Shown here one piece after another: positions 15,017 through 24,643 of a stretch of 32,000 nucleotides of DNA (its first letter is position 1; the number at the start of each line of letters is the position of its first letter). The DNA is from Pseudoalteromonas translucida KMM 520 (GTDB lineage Bacteria; Pseudomonadota; Gammaproteobacteria; Enterobacterales; Alteromonadaceae). Made by a program: the position numbers and the translations under genes. Location: contig NZ_CP011034.1 of NCBI RefSeq assembly GCF_001465295.1, positions 1,800,001 through 1,832,000 of the forward strand. The letters are read 5' to 3'. The notes under the pieces are model-generated. The model was not told where the DNA came from, did no database searches, and saw only the letters and a list, made by a program, of their open reading frames with translations.

Positions 15017-15628
15017 TTAAAACCTTGAATCATTTTCACAAGGTATCCCGTCGTTATCGCCATCCATTTTTGTATTCGGGCAATTATTTATAAAAAATAC
15101 AGCTTCGGCTCGTGAGGTCATTTGGCTGCAGTGTTGTCTGCCATCGCAGCTAAAGTTTTGTGTGTTTTTAGGAGTAACTATCTTCGGATATTTTTCAGCA
15201 AAGGTGGTTAAGTCGGCATTGGTAATAACGGGGGTGTTGTTTTTATTGCCTGCATGAGTGTTTGCGAAGTACCTATTGTATGCGCTAAAACCTATGCTTA
15301 ATATAATTACCAGCGCAACAAGGTTAGCTAAAGTGCTCGACTTCTTTTTTGCTTTACTCATTTTAAAAGGTGTATTAAAAGCAGCTGTTTTTTCTAGTTT
15401 GCTTTCTACTTTACTTGCGATTACGCCTTCAATACGGCAATTTACGGCTTTGCTTTTACCATTGGGATCGGTGGCAACCTCAAAATAGATGGTGTCGCCT
15501 ACTTTGGGTTTGCGGCTCATGTGTTTAAGCGAAGATATGTGTATAAAGGTGTCGTGTGCAACGCTGCTAGATTTAATAAAGCCATAGCCTCGGTTGTCGT
15601 TCCACGACATTAACAATCCTTTGTTCAT
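15017..15628 (-). CDS. Cold-shock-domain / TM / Excalibur calcium-binding domain protein
   Basis: N-terminal CSD-like WNDNRGYGFIKS...FIHISSL...GDTIYFEV. Central TM helix LANLVALVIILSIGFSAY. C-terminal Excalibur motif CPNTKMDGDNDGIPCE. Confidence 0.7.
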   Translation of the reverse strand: MNKGLLMSWNDNRGYGFIKSSSVAHDTFIHISSLKHMSRKPKVGDTIYFEVATDPNGKSKAVNCRIEGVIASKVESKLEKTAAFNTPFKMSKAKKKSSTLANLVALVIILSIGFSAYNRYFANTHAGNKNNTPVITNADLTTFAEKYPKIVTPKNTQNFSCDGRQHCSQMTSRAEAVFFINNCPNTKMDGDNDGIPCENDSRF

Positions 15629-15913
15629 TGGTGTTCCTGATTTTTATACTTTTTATTAGTTATTTGTTTTTTATTTGTTACTTATGCAAACTATACGTTT
15701 CTAAAAGTGTTCGGTAAACTTATTTTAAGTTATTTTAAAATTAAACTACTTATAGCCATTAGCTTAGCGGTATTTTAACTAACTATTGAATAGTGATTGA
15801 ATAACGAATGAATTACATAGGGTGGTTTTAATTTGCGGTGCTGTTGATTATGATGGCGCTAGAAACACTTAATAAGTCAGTTGTGCTTTAAATTTTTTAG
15901 TAAGGATCATCTT

Positions 15914-16441
15914 ATGTCTAGCTATAACGAATCTCCAGAGCAAGTTACTAAAGCAACCGAAGGTTATGTAATGCAGCAAACTATGTTGCGAATTAAAGAT
16001 CCAAAACCGTCATTAGCATTTTATGAAAACGTATTAGGTATGAAGTTGTTGGGCAAGTACGACTTTCCTGGTATGAAGTTTACCCTGTACTTTTTAGGTT
16101 ACGAGCAACAACTGCCTGAGGGCGATGATAAAACCAAAGCTGAATGGGTGTTTCGCCGCCCTGCACTAATTGAGCTTACCCATAACTGGGGCACAGAAAA
16201 AGACGATAGCTTTGCAGGCTATGTAAGTGGTAACGAAGAGCCAAAAGGCTTTGGCCATATTGGTATTAGCGTGCCCGATGTATACGCCGCGTGCGAACGT
16301 TTTGCAAAATACGATGTAGAGTTTGTAAAAAAACCAGACGATGGCTCGATGAAAGGTTTGGCGTTTATTAAAGACCCCGACGGTTATTGGATTGAAATAC
16401 TCTCGGCCGAGGGCATTACCGAAATTATTATGTCTCAGTAA
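15914..16441 (+). CDS. gloA: Lactoylglutathione lyase (glyoxalase I)
   Basis: Long-type glyoxalase I: [62 protein letters not shown] at 15914 is preferred over the upstream TTG. Confidence 0.9.
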   Translation: MSSYNESPEQVTKATEGYVMQQTMLRIKDPKPSLAFYENVLGMKLLGKYDFPGMKFTLYFLGYEQQLPEGDDKTKAEWVFRRPALIELTHNWGTEKDDSFAGYVSGNEEPKGFGHIGISVPDVYAACERFAKYDVEFVKKPDDGSMKGLAFIKDPDGYWIEILSAEGITEIIMSQ

Positions 16442-16469
16442 TAACTAGGTCTTATATATTTAAAATTAT

Positions 16470-16497
16470 AAAGCCAGCAGCTAAGCTGGCTTTACTG
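16470..16497 (+). terminator. Rho-independent terminator after gloA
   Basis: AAAGCCAGC-agctaa-GCTGGCTTT stem-loop followed by a T-rich stretch. Confidence 0.7.
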
Positions 16498-16510
16498 TTT
16501 GCAGGCGTTG

Positions 16511-16770
16511 TTAATTAAACTTAGTTTTTTTAGGAGCGTTTCGCTGTGAGGGATCTTTACTTTTTGGGTAAGCAAAGTGTGGTTTAAATACCGGTTCGAG
16601 CAGGTAATCTAGCGCGTCGATTAGCTCTATTTCGTGTGTACTAAATTGGCTTTGCAAACACGCTTACATGCTATATATGCTATATATGCTTGGGCTACGC
16701 GCTCGGCAAGCCTTGCTGGTTTAGGTGGTTTGCTATTGCGTACTGTGCCTAAAAATACTAAAAACTTCAT
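16511..16770 (-). pseudogene. Possible frameshifted/truncated flavodoxin-like NAD(P)H-dependent FMN reductase remnant
   Basis: MKFLVFLGTVRNSKPPKPARLAERVAQAY.. stops after 47 codons. A second frame continues EIELIDALDYLLEPVFKPHFAYP... It contains a 9 bp tandem duplication (16668-16690). The total length is far too short for an intact enzyme. Confidence 0.3.
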
Positions 16771-16819
16771 GTATATTCCCTCTTTGTTTAAATTACTTTT
16801 TTAGGGTTGGTAATTAAGC

Positions 16820-17272
16820 TCAGGGCTGCAGTGCCTGTGCAGCAAGCTCTGCAAGTACATTGGCAAGCTTTGTAGCAACAGCGCATTGCCCTGCACCATG
16901 GCGCTTAGTTAAATAGCTAGGATCGTTGTAGCTTAACCATACTTTTGCATCGGGGTCTTGCCAAACAAGTGCTTTAAGCGGTAAATCAATCCCCATTGTT
17001 TGCGCGCACTGCATTAAAGGAGTACCGTCTTGTGGATTACCAAATATAATAACTTCGGTGTAGCCAAGCTGCTGCCCTACTTTTTTAGCCCCTGCGGCGT
17101 GATCAATACGTGCAAAAATTGTTAGTCCTTTATTTTTAGCCAGTAGCTCAAACTTATTCATAGTGGCTTTGGCACTTTGCTGGCTTTGTAGTGTTATTAG
17201 GCCGTTTGTTGCTTTAGCCGGAAAAAACACAAAAAGTAACGCAAATACAAAAGTGGTGCTTAATAGTTTCAT
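16820..17272 (-). CDS. DUF302 domain protein with signal peptide
   Basis: Signal peptide MKLLSTTFVFALLFVFFPAKA. DUF302-type core ..FARIDHAAGAKKVG...VIIFGNPQDGTPLMQ...GIDLPLKALVWQD. Confidence 0.75.
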   Translation of the reverse strand: MKLLSTTFVFALLFVFFPAKATNGLITLQSQQSAKATMNKFELLAKNKGLTIFARIDHAAGAKKVGQQLGYTEVIIFGNPQDGTPLMQCAQTMGIDLPLKALVWQDPDAKVWLSYNDPSYLTKRHGAGQCAVATKLANVLAELAAQALQP

Positions 17273-17388
17273 GTATAAACTCTGGTTTGGTTAAACATAT
17301 GAGCAACTAACTTAGCATGTAATTTAGCCACAAAAAAGCCAGCGGTTAAGCTGGCTTGGTATATATGCAATAACTTTGCGCTAAAACA

Positions 17389-18258
17389 TTATTTACGCAG
17401 TGCGTCTATACGAGCGTCAAGCGGTGGGTGCGACGAAAACAACTCAGCCATACCTTTCCCACTGGCAATACCAAACGCCATCATTGAGCCTTCTAGTTGC
17501 GAAGGATGATTTTGCTTTAATCGCTCAAGGGCTGAACGCATTTTGTCGGCGCCTACTAGTTTGGCAGCGCCGCTGTCGGCAGCAAACTCACGTTGGCGGC
17601 TGTAATAAGCCACAATAACGCTGGCTAAAATGCCAAAAATTACTTGAAACAACATATCGAACAGGAAGTAGGTCCAGCTGTTGCCGCCCTCTTGTTCATC
17701 GTTGTTACTGTTTATAAAGTTATCTACTATGCCTGCTAGCACTTTAGCGGCAAATATAACAAAGGTGTTTACCACGCCTTGTATAAGTGTAAGCGTTACC
17801 ATGTCGCCATTAGCAATATGTGATACTTCGTGGGCCAGTACGGCTTCGGCTTGATCTTGGCTCATGCTGTGTAATAAACCTGTGCTTACTGCCACTAGTG
17901 AGTTGTTTTTACTTGGGCCGGTGGCAAATGCGTTCATTTCTGGGCTGTCGTAAATGGCCACTTCTGGCATTTTAATGCCGGCTTTTTGCGCTTGTGCTGC
18001 AACCGTAGTTACTAGCCAATGTTCGGTTTCGTTACGTGGTTGGGTAATAACATGTGCGCCGGTTGATTTTTTAGCCATCCATTTCGACATAAATAACGAA
18101 ATAAACGAGCCACCAAAACCAAACACAGTAGCAATCATTAGCATACCGCCTAAGCTACGATTGCTTAGTCCTAATACACTCATCACTATTGAAAGCACTA
18201 CACCTAATACCAACATAACCGCGAGGTTTGTTAGTAAAAATAAAAAAACACGTTTCAT
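17389..18258 (-). CDS. htpX: Zinc metalloprotease HtpX
   Basis: Collinear with E. coli HtpX: [15 protein letters not shown].., [11 protein letters not shown] (HExxH), [24 protein letters not shown] at 18258 with AGGA 6 nt upstream is preferred over the TTG at 18270. Confidence 0.95.
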   Translation of the reverse strand: MKRVFLFLLTNLAVMLVLGVVLSIVMSVLGLSNRSLGGMLMIATVFGFGGSFISLFMSKWMAKKSTGAHVITQPRNETEHWLVTTVAAQAQKAGIKMPEVAIYDSPEMNAFATGPSKNNSLVAVSTGLLHSMSQDQAEAVLAHEVSHIANGDMVTLTLIQGVVNTFVIFAAKVLAGIVDNFINSNNDEQEGGNSWTYFLFDMLFQVIFGILASVIVAYYSRQREFAADSGAAKLVGADKMRSALERLKQNHPSQLEGSMMAFGIASGKGMAELFSSHPPLDARIDALRK

Positions 18259-18412
18259 ACTTGTCCTCAAAAAATAATATCGATTGCGGTACTATTAATA
18301 TATTTAGTACGTTTAGCACTAAATTGATTAAAAGCAATCATTGCGTTATGACACAGTATGTCAAAACGTCAACGCTATTCTGTGACAAACTATGTCGTAA
18401 AACAAGTGTTTT

Positions 18413-19096
18413 TTATGTGTTTAGTGCGAAATTTTCTAGCAGTGTTTTATATATTTGCAATTTAGGGGTTTGTTCACTGTATGGGCTTATTGCCAGTATA
18501 GGAAAGGGTAAACGTACTTTAAGTGAATCAAGATTAGCTTGGTACTCATCCATGTTTGGATCAACCTGATTAGCGATCCAGCCAATGCAGTTTATACCCA
18601 TGCTTTGCATATGTGCAGCCGTAAGGAGTGCATGGTTTAAGCAGCCTAACTTCATACCTACTACTAATATTACCGGCAGTTGCTCTGCTTTAACCCAATT
18701 GTATAAATAATCTGTGTTGCTTATAGGCAGCGCCCAGCCACCAGCACCTTCGGTAAGTATGTAATCGGCACCTTGCTGTTTTACGTTTTTATACGCGCTG
18801 CTTAGCTTATCTGCAGTAATAGTAACTCCTGCTTGCTCGGCGGCTATGTGCGGGGCTATAGCTGGTGCAAAGGCAAATGGGTTAATTACATCGTACTTGG
18901 CACTTACGGTTGCGCTTTCCATTAATATTAGTGCATCGGCATTTACTAGTTGATCAAACGCCATTTCGCAGCCAGACGCGAGCGGTTTAAAACCAATAGC
19001 TTGCTTTTTATGTTGGGCAAGTAGCTTTAGTAATAAACTGGTAACGTGGGTTTTTCCGGCGTCGGTGTCGGTGCCGGTAATAAAAAATTCTTTCAT
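18413..19096 (-). CDS. bioD: Dethiobiotin synthetase
   Basis: FITGTDTDAGKT P-loop, EGAGGW motif. Last gene of the bioBFCD cluster. Confidence 0.9.
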   Translation of the reverse strand: MKEFFITGTDTDAGKTHVTSLLLKLLAQHKKQAIGFKPLASGCEMAFDQLVNADALILMESATVSAKYDVINPFAFAPAIAPHIAAEQAGVTITADKLSSAYKNVKQQGADYILTEGAGGWALPISNTDYLYNWVKAEQLPVILVVGMKLGCLNHALLTAAHMQSMGINCIGWIANQVDPNMDEYQANLDSLKVRLPFPILAISPYSEQTPKLQIYKTLLENFALNT

Positions 19097-19146
19097 GGCG
19101 TTATTTACCTTTGCTGTTTTATTTAGCGATTTTTATTTAACTGCTT

Positions 19147-20031
19147 TTATTTACCAAGTGCCAATAGCATAACGTGATACGACACGTGCGCTTTATTATT
19201 TTTGAGCGGATATGCGCTGCATACCTGCTGCAAAGCGTGCTTAGTTAACAAGCCTCTGCGCGTATTACTGTGGTTTTGCGCTGTGGCACCTATGGCCTTA
19301 ATAGAGCGAATGGCATTTAATGGCGATGTAAACTCATCGCTATACAAGGCTTTTTGTATTGTATTAATAGTAAATCCAGACTTTTGGACTGATTGGTTTA
19401 TATACTGTTCGCTATTAAAGGTATTTATATGGCTGTTGTTATCAAGTGCGCTAAATGCGGTTTTTATCTCGTTAAGCGAGCCTTCAATAACGCAGCTAAT
19501 ATAAGCTTGCCCGCCAGGTTTGAGCGCAGTATAAAGCGATTTTAATAATTGCGCAAAATCGGCCGACCATTGCACTGCAAAGTTACTGTAAATAATATCA
19601 ATACTATTGGCTTGCAGCGGTAGGTTATCCATATCGGCGCATAGTCGTGGCGTATTTATTGCACTGCTTTGTAGCATGTTTAAACTAAGATCCATGGCAA
19701 TAACGCTGCCAAACAATGTTTGCAAAGTATGTGTATTAACTAATGGCCCTGCGCCTAAGTCGACACAAAGCTTGCCTTTATTGCTGCTATTTGCATGCGC
19801 TTTTATAAGTTTAAATAAATCACCTGCGGCTTGTTTTTGCACATTAGCATGCTGGTTATAACTGCTGGCCGCTTTTGAAAACTTACTCTGCGCCCCTTTT
19901 TTAAGGCTACAGCTTGGTAATAATATTGGCCCTGCTGATAATGATTGTATATTTAACGGCCGTGTATTTGGCTTTGTATTAAAGGGCTGTGTAGTTTTAG
20001 AAGCAGCATTTAAAAGTGCGTGAGCAATCAT
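19147..20031 (-). CDS. bioC: Malonyl-ACP O-methyltransferase BioC (with about 45 aa N-terminal extension if the first ATG is used)
   Basis: FSKAASSYNQHANVQKQAA, SAM-binding VDLGAGPL. Start overlaps the bioF stop (ATGA). Confidence 0.85.
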   Translation of the reverse strand: MIAHALLNAASKTTQPFNTKPNTRPLNIQSLSAGPILLPSCSLKKGAQSKFSKAASSYNQHANVQKQAAGDLFKLIKAHANSSNKGKLCVDLGAGPLVNTHTLQTLFGSVIAMDLSLNMLQSSAINTPRLCADMDNLPLQANSIDIIYSNFAVQWSADFAQLLKSLYTALKPGGQAYISCVIEGSLNEIKTAFSALDNNSHINTFNSEQYINQSVQKSGFTINTIQKALYSDEFTSPLNAIRSIKAIGATAQNHSNTRRGLLTKHALQQVCSAYPLKNNKAHVSYHVMLLALGK

Positions 20032-21179
20032 ATTAATGCACCTACTAAGCTATTAACTAAATGGTTAATGTCGTGCTTTGTATGTGCTGCGCTGAGAGTA
20101 ATTCGTAAACGTGCGGTGTTATGAGCAACAGTTGGCGGGCGAATAGCAGTAAGCCACACCCCGTATTTTTTAAGTTTATTAGCCACGTTTAAGGTGTGCT
20201 CGGCGCAGCCTAAAACAATGGGCTGAATAGCGGTACTTGACTCCATTGCGGCAATATTATGTTGTTTAGCAAGTTGCTTAAAGTAGCTAATATTTGCATT
20301 TAATTTAGCGCGTTTATCATCTGCGGTTTTAATCGCTTTAATACGAGCAAGAGTAAGCCCTGCAATAAGCGGCGACATAGCCGTGGAGTAAGTATAATCG
20401 CGATTAAATTGCAGCATGTAATCAATAAAATGTTTACTGCCTAATACACACGCGCCGCTACTGGCTACCGCTTTACCAAAAGTAATAACCAGTAACTCAG
20501 GCAGTTGCTCGCTATTTAGCGCCTCACAGCTGCCTAACCCGGTTTTACCTAATACGCCAAAGCCATGAGCGTCGTCTATCATTAGCCAAGCATTGTGCTG
20601 TTTAGCTAACACCAGTAGTTCGCTAAGTGGCGCTTTGTCGCCATCCATCGAAAATACACCTTCGCTTATAATTAGCTTATGCTGCGCTGTTGATTTTTCT
20701 AAGCGGGCGCGTAAATGGTTCATGTCGTTATGATTAAAACGTATTAAAGCAGCGTTAGCATGCAGTGCGCCGTCTATTAGGCTGGCATGATTAAGCTTAT
20801 CTTGAAAAATAGCACTGTGCTGCGCTACGGTTTTATCTTGAAACAGCGCTTTTATTACACTGCTATTAGCACTAAAGCCCGAGCTAAACAGCATGGCCGC
20901 TTCGTAACCTAACTGCGCACACAAATACTGCTCTAGTGCGTGTTGCTGCACTTGATAACCGGTAACTAACGCTGAACTGTGACTCCCTAATGCCGGTAAT
21001 TCATTTAAAGCAATTGCGTTATCGCCAAAGCCTAAGTAGTCGTTACTGGCAAAGTTAAGATAGGTTTTGTTATTAATAGTAATTTTGCGCGCCGTAGCAT
21101 GCTGTACTTGGTGGCGTTTACGCAGTAGCGCATCGTGCAAGCGAGCTTGCAGATGCGTATTTATAAATTCAAATGACAT
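20028..21179 (-). CDS. bioF: 8-amino-7-oxononanoate synthase
   Basis: PLP-dependent acyltransferase. DDAHGFGVLG and FGKA (PLP lysine) motifs. Gene order between bioB and bioC. Confidence 0.9.
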   Translation of the reverse strand: MSFEFINTHLQARLHDALLRKRHQVQHATARKITINNKTYLNFASNDYLGFGDNAIALNELPALGSHSSALVTGYQVQQHALEQYLCAQLGYEAAMLFSSGFSANSSVIKALFQDKTVAQHSAIFQDKLNHASLIDGALHANAALIRFNHNDMNHLRARLEKSTAQHKLIISEGVFSMDGDKAPLSELLVLAKQHNAWLMIDDAHGFGVLGKTGLGSCEALNSEQLPELLVITFGKAVASSGACVLGSKHFIDYMLQFNRDYTYSTAMSPLIAGLTLARIKAIKTADDKRAKLNANISYFKQLAKQHNIAAMESSTAIQPIVLGCAEHTLNVANKLKKYGVWLTAIRPPTVAHNTARLRITLSAAHTKHDINHLVNSLVGALI

Positions 21180-21232
21180 TTGGCTGTGTTTACCTAGGCT
21201 TAGTTATAGCTTAGTTATTGTTATGGGTATGA

Positions 21233-22273
21233 TTATGCTTCGTAAAATAACTTAGACGTTGCTTTGTCGGCCACTTGCGATGAAAGCGACGCGGCTACTG
21301 CTTCATCTGAATAGTCGTGACGGGTTTCTGGGTTCATCCCTAATTTTTTAATTAAGGCCATATCGGCATCGGCGTCTGGATTTTCGGTGGTAAGCAGTTT
21401 GTCGCCATAAAATATAGAGTTAGCACCAGCAAAAAAGCACATTGACTGCATTTGCTCGTTCATGGCGTTGCGCCCTGCCGACAAACGCACATAGCTGTAC
21501 GGCATCATAATGCGCGCGGTTGCAATTGTGCGTATAAACTCAAAGTGATCTAAATCGTCTACGTTTTCAAGCGGTGTGCCTTTAACTTTAACCAGCATAT
21601 TAATAGGTACGCTTTCTGGTTGTTGATCTAAGTTGGCCAGTTGCATTAATAAGCCATAACGATCGGCTGCTTGCTCGCCCATGCCTACAATACCGCCCGA
21701 ACAAACTTTCATACCCGCGTCGCGTACATTACCTATGGTATCTAGGCGGTCTTGAAAAGTTCGGGTAGATATAATTTGCTCGTAATACTCAGGCGAGGTG
21801 TCGAGGTTATGGTTGTAGTAGTCAAGCCCTGCATTTCGCAGCTCGTGTGCTTTTTCGTTATTTAGCATGCCTAAGGTCATACAGGTTTCTAGGCCTAGTT
21901 CTTTTACTTCTTTAACCATTTGCGAAATATACGGCATGTCTCTGTCTTTTGGATCTGACCACGCGGCCCCCATACAAAAACGAGTAGCGCCTTTTTGTTT
22001 GGCTAAGCGCGCTTGTTCTACTACTTTTTCTACTTCTATTAGGCGTTCACGTTCTAAATCGGTTCGGTAATGCCCAGACTGCGGGCAATATTTACAATCT
22101 TCTGGGCAGGCGCCGGTTTTAATCGATAATAAAGTAGAAATTTGCACTTCATTTGGGTTGAAATTAGCACGATGAACCGATGCGGCTTTAAATAGTAAAT
22201 CGTTAAATGGCATTTCAAATATTGCTTTAACTTCACTGTGGGTCCAGTTGTGACGAACAGGTGCAAGTTCCAT
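21233..22273 (-). CDS. bioB: Biotin synthase (radical SAM)
   Basis: [11 protein letters not shown] radical-SAM cluster motif. [12 protein letters not shown]. Highly conserved BioB sequence. Confidence 0.95.
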   Translation of the reverse strand: MELAPVRHNWTHSEVKAIFEMPFNDLLFKAASVHRANFNPNEVQISTLLSIKTGACPEDCKYCPQSGHYRTDLERERLIEVEKVVEQARLAKQKGATRFCMGAAWSDPKDRDMPYISQMVKEVKELGLETCMTLGMLNNEKAHELRNAGLDYYNHNLDTSPEYYEQIISTRTFQDRLDTIGNVRDAGMKVCSGGIVGMGEQAADRYGLLMQLANLDQQPESVPINMLVKVKGTPLENVDDLDHFEFIRTIATARIMMPYSYVRLSAGRNAMNEQMQSMCFFAGANSIFYGDKLLTTENPDADADMALIKKLGMNPETRHDYSDEAVAASLSSQVADKATSKLFYEA

Positions 22274-22339
22274 AGTTTTCTACTCTCTTTATTTTTTTCA
22301 TAACGGTGATATTGGCTTAGTCTACTTCTTGAAGTACCA

Positions 22340-22372
22340 TTGTCAACGAACCCAAGCCCACTTAAGTTTACA
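22340..22372. promoter_or_regulatory. Candidate BirA operator (bioO) in the divergent bioB/bioA control region
   Basis: TTGTCAACG-N15-AAGTTTACA. This resembles the gammaproteobacterial BirA site TTGTAAACC-N14/15-GGTTTACAA and lies between the divergent bioB and bioA genes. Confidence 0.4.
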
Positions 22373-22373
22373 T

Positions 22374-23675
22374 ATGATTAAAAAGAATACGATAGACCTA
22401 GATTTTGATCGCCAGCATATTTGGCACCCTTATACCTCTATGACCAAACCTATTATGGTTTACCCTGTTACCCATGCAAATCATAATATTATTGTGCTTG
22501 AAACAGGCGAGCAACTCATTGATGGCATGGCCTCATGGTGGAGCGCTATACATGGCTATAACCATCCGGTTTTAAATAACGCCATGGTTGAGCAAATTAA
22601 CTCCATGAGCCACATTATGTTTGGCGGATTTACCCATAAACCCGCTGTAGAGCTGTGTAAAAAGCTAGTAAGCATTACACCTGCTAGCTTAACTAAGGTA
22701 TTTTTAGCCGATAGCGGCTCGGTAAGTGTTGAAGTAGCTATAAAAATGGCGCTGCAGTATTGGCTTAGCCAAGGTATTACTAACAAACAAAAATTAATGA
22801 CTCCCTACAAGGGCTATCATGGCGACACCTTTGCCGCTATGAGTGTATGCGATCCAGTTAACTCAATGCACAGTTTGTACAGCGGCTTTTTACCCGAGCA
22901 TATTTTTGTACCAGCCCCGGTAAGCCAATTTAATAGTGAATTTAACCAAGCTGAGGCAACCGAGCTTGAAGCGTATTTTAAAGCGCACCACCAGAGCGTT
23001 GCGGCGTTTATTATTGAGCCAATTGTACAAAATGCTGGTGGCATGAACTTTTATCACCCTGAGTACTTAGCCTGCGTACGCAAATTATGCACGCAATATA
23101 AGGTGTTACTTATATGCGACGAAATAGCCACTGGCTTTGGCCGTACCGGTAAATTATTTGCCGTAGAGCATGCTAATATTCAGCCCGATATAATGTGTAT
23201 AGGCAAAGCACTCACTGGCGGCGCTATGACCCTATCGGCCACTCTTACCAATGACAAAATAGCCACAGGCATAAGCGAAGGCGAAGCTGGCGTATTAATG
23301 CACGGCCCTACTTTTATGGGTAACCCGCTTGCCTGCGCTGTGGCCTGTGCCAGTATAGATTTACTACTTGAGCAAAACTGGCAGCAGCGCATTGCCGATC
23401 TAAACAGCCAACTGCAACAACTCAATAAGTGCAAAGAGCTTGATGATGTAGCCGATGTACGCACTTTAGGCGCTATTGGGGTGGTAGAGCTAACCGCAGA
23501 AGCTGGCAATGTTGATGTGGCTAAAATTCAAGCTTATTTTGTAGCGCAAGGTGTGTGGATACGCCCCTTTGGTAAACTTATTTATTTAATGCCGCCATAT
23601 ATTTCAGACCATAGCAGCATAAAAACCCTTTGTGATGCCATTTATAACGCCATTAAAGGCAAGCATTACGCTTAA
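22374..23675 (+). CDS. bioA: Adenosylmethionine-8-amino-7-oxononanoate aminotransferase
   Basis: MIKKNTIDLDFDRQHIWHPYTSM matches the BioA N-terminus. CDEIATGFGRTGK PLP region. ATG at 22374 is preferred over the TTG at 22329. Confidence 0.95.
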   Translation: MIKKNTIDLDFDRQHIWHPYTSMTKPIMVYPVTHANHNIIVLETGEQLIDGMASWWSAIHGYNHPVLNNAMVEQINSMSHIMFGGFTHKPAVELCKKLVSITPASLTKVFLADSGSVSVEVAIKMALQYWLSQGITNKQKLMTPYKGYHGDTFAAMSVCDPVNSMHSLYSGFLPEHIFVPAPVSQFNSEFNQAEATELEAYFKAHHQSVAAFIIEPIVQNAGGMNFYHPEYLACVRKLCTQYKVLLICDEIATGFGRTGKLFAVEHANIQPDIMCIGKALTGGAMTLSATLTNDKIATGISEGEAGVLMHGPTFMGNPLACAVACASIDLLLEQNWQQRIADLNSQLQQLNKCKELDDVADVRTLGAIGVVELTAEAGNVDVAKIQAYFVAQGVWIRPFGKLIYLMPPYISDHSSIKTLCDAIYNAIKGKHYA

Positions 23676-23789
23676 ACTTACCGCTAAATTAAAGTTTTAG
23701 GGGTAAAAGTTGTATACACTTTGCCCTAATAAACAAACAGCCCTTTAACTCACCTTTAGAGTATTGATCTCAGTGATCTTTACCTATAT

Positions 23790-23808
23790 GATAATACCTA
23801 TCATTTAC
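23790..23808. promoter_or_regulatory. Candidate Fur box upstream of the iron ABC importer operon
   Basis: GATAATACCTATCATTTAC matches 13 of 19 positions of GATAATGATAATCATTATC, 23 nt upstream of the first gene of the operon. Confidence 0.5.
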
Positions 23809-23830
23809 AGTTACCTTTTCGGACTCTTTT

Positions 23831-24643
23831 ATGAACTTATTATTTAAACCAGCTAAAGCCTTAGGTGTAAGCCTGTTATTAGCCTCTGCTTTTATAACGC
23901 AACCGGTACTTGCTAATGGCCCTATTGGCGAGCATGTTAATCATCTTCAGGCTAATCTTAAAAGTTATGCAGAAGAAGTAGAGTGGATGGTTGGTAAAGT
24001 CGATACCATGGTAAGCGACTACGATACCAAAGGTGCTAAAGCGGTAAAAACAGATGATCTTATTGAATATTGGGAATCGGTTAAATTTCACAGCGCCATA
24101 GAAACCAATTTTGTACCTGTTTACGCTTCTATTTGGCAAGGTATTTACGGCGTAAAAATGGCTATCGAAAACAAACAGCCAACAACTGAAGTTCGTAAAC
24201 AACAACAAGCTATGAACAATGCCCTATGGCAAGGCCTTGGCGCTGTTAAGTTAGCGGCAAAGTTTCAGCAACAGGGTTTATTAGCAAACGTAACAACAAC
24301 GGCAACCAAAGAAATGACCCAAAGTGCCACTATCGACGAAATTAAGCACCGACTCGATCGTGTTGTTGCAAAGTTTGCTGAGCGTTTAAACGACGAAGCC
24401 ACCGAAATTGTACACGACACTTACCTACACCTATTTGAAGGCGTAGAAGGCATACTAATAGCACAAGACGCTAACTTAGTTGAAATATTAGAAAAAGACT
24501 TTAACGTAACATTGCCACTTGCTATTTCTAGCAACAAAAGCGTAGACGAAGTACGTAATGTAATAAGCGACATGCACACAAAATTAGATCGCGCTAAAAC
24601 GCTGATCGAAAAAGCCGAAAAAACACGTAAGGATGTATTTTAA
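23831..24643 (+). CDS. Secreted/periplasmic all-helical protein of unknown function, first gene of the iron-transport operon
   Basis: Sec signal peptide ..LLLASAFITQPVLA-NG. No recognisable domain. Its stop codon directly abuts the GTG start of the binding-protein gene. Confidence 0.6.
   Translation: MNLLFKPAKALGVSLLLASAFITQPVLANGPIGEHVNHLQANLKSYAEEVEWMVGKVDTMVSDYDTKGAKAVKTDDLIEYWESVKFHSAIETNFVPVYASIWQGIYGVKMAIENKQPTTEVRKQQQAMNNALWQGLGAVKLAAKFQQQGLLANVTTTATKEMTQSATIDEIKHRLDRVVAKFAERLNDEATEIVHDTYLHLFEGVEGILIAQDANLVEILEKDFNVTLPLAISSNKSVDEVRNVISDMHTKLDRAKTLIEKAEKTRKDVF

Noticed and set aside
14877-15880. Integron integrase (intI) and attI expected upstream of the first cassette.
   Set aside because: No tyrosine-recombinase-like ORF exists in any frame here or anywhere else in the window. 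Only a CSD-Excalibur gene and the gloA promoter region are present. The array is therefore called integrase-less rather than a complete integron.
18228-18569. 113 aa ORF spanning the htpX-bioD intergenic region and running into bioD antisense.
   Set aside because: It has AT-rich, low-complexity translation, overlaps the bioD 3' end antisense, and has no RBS. It is more likely the promoter or terminator region of the flanking genes.
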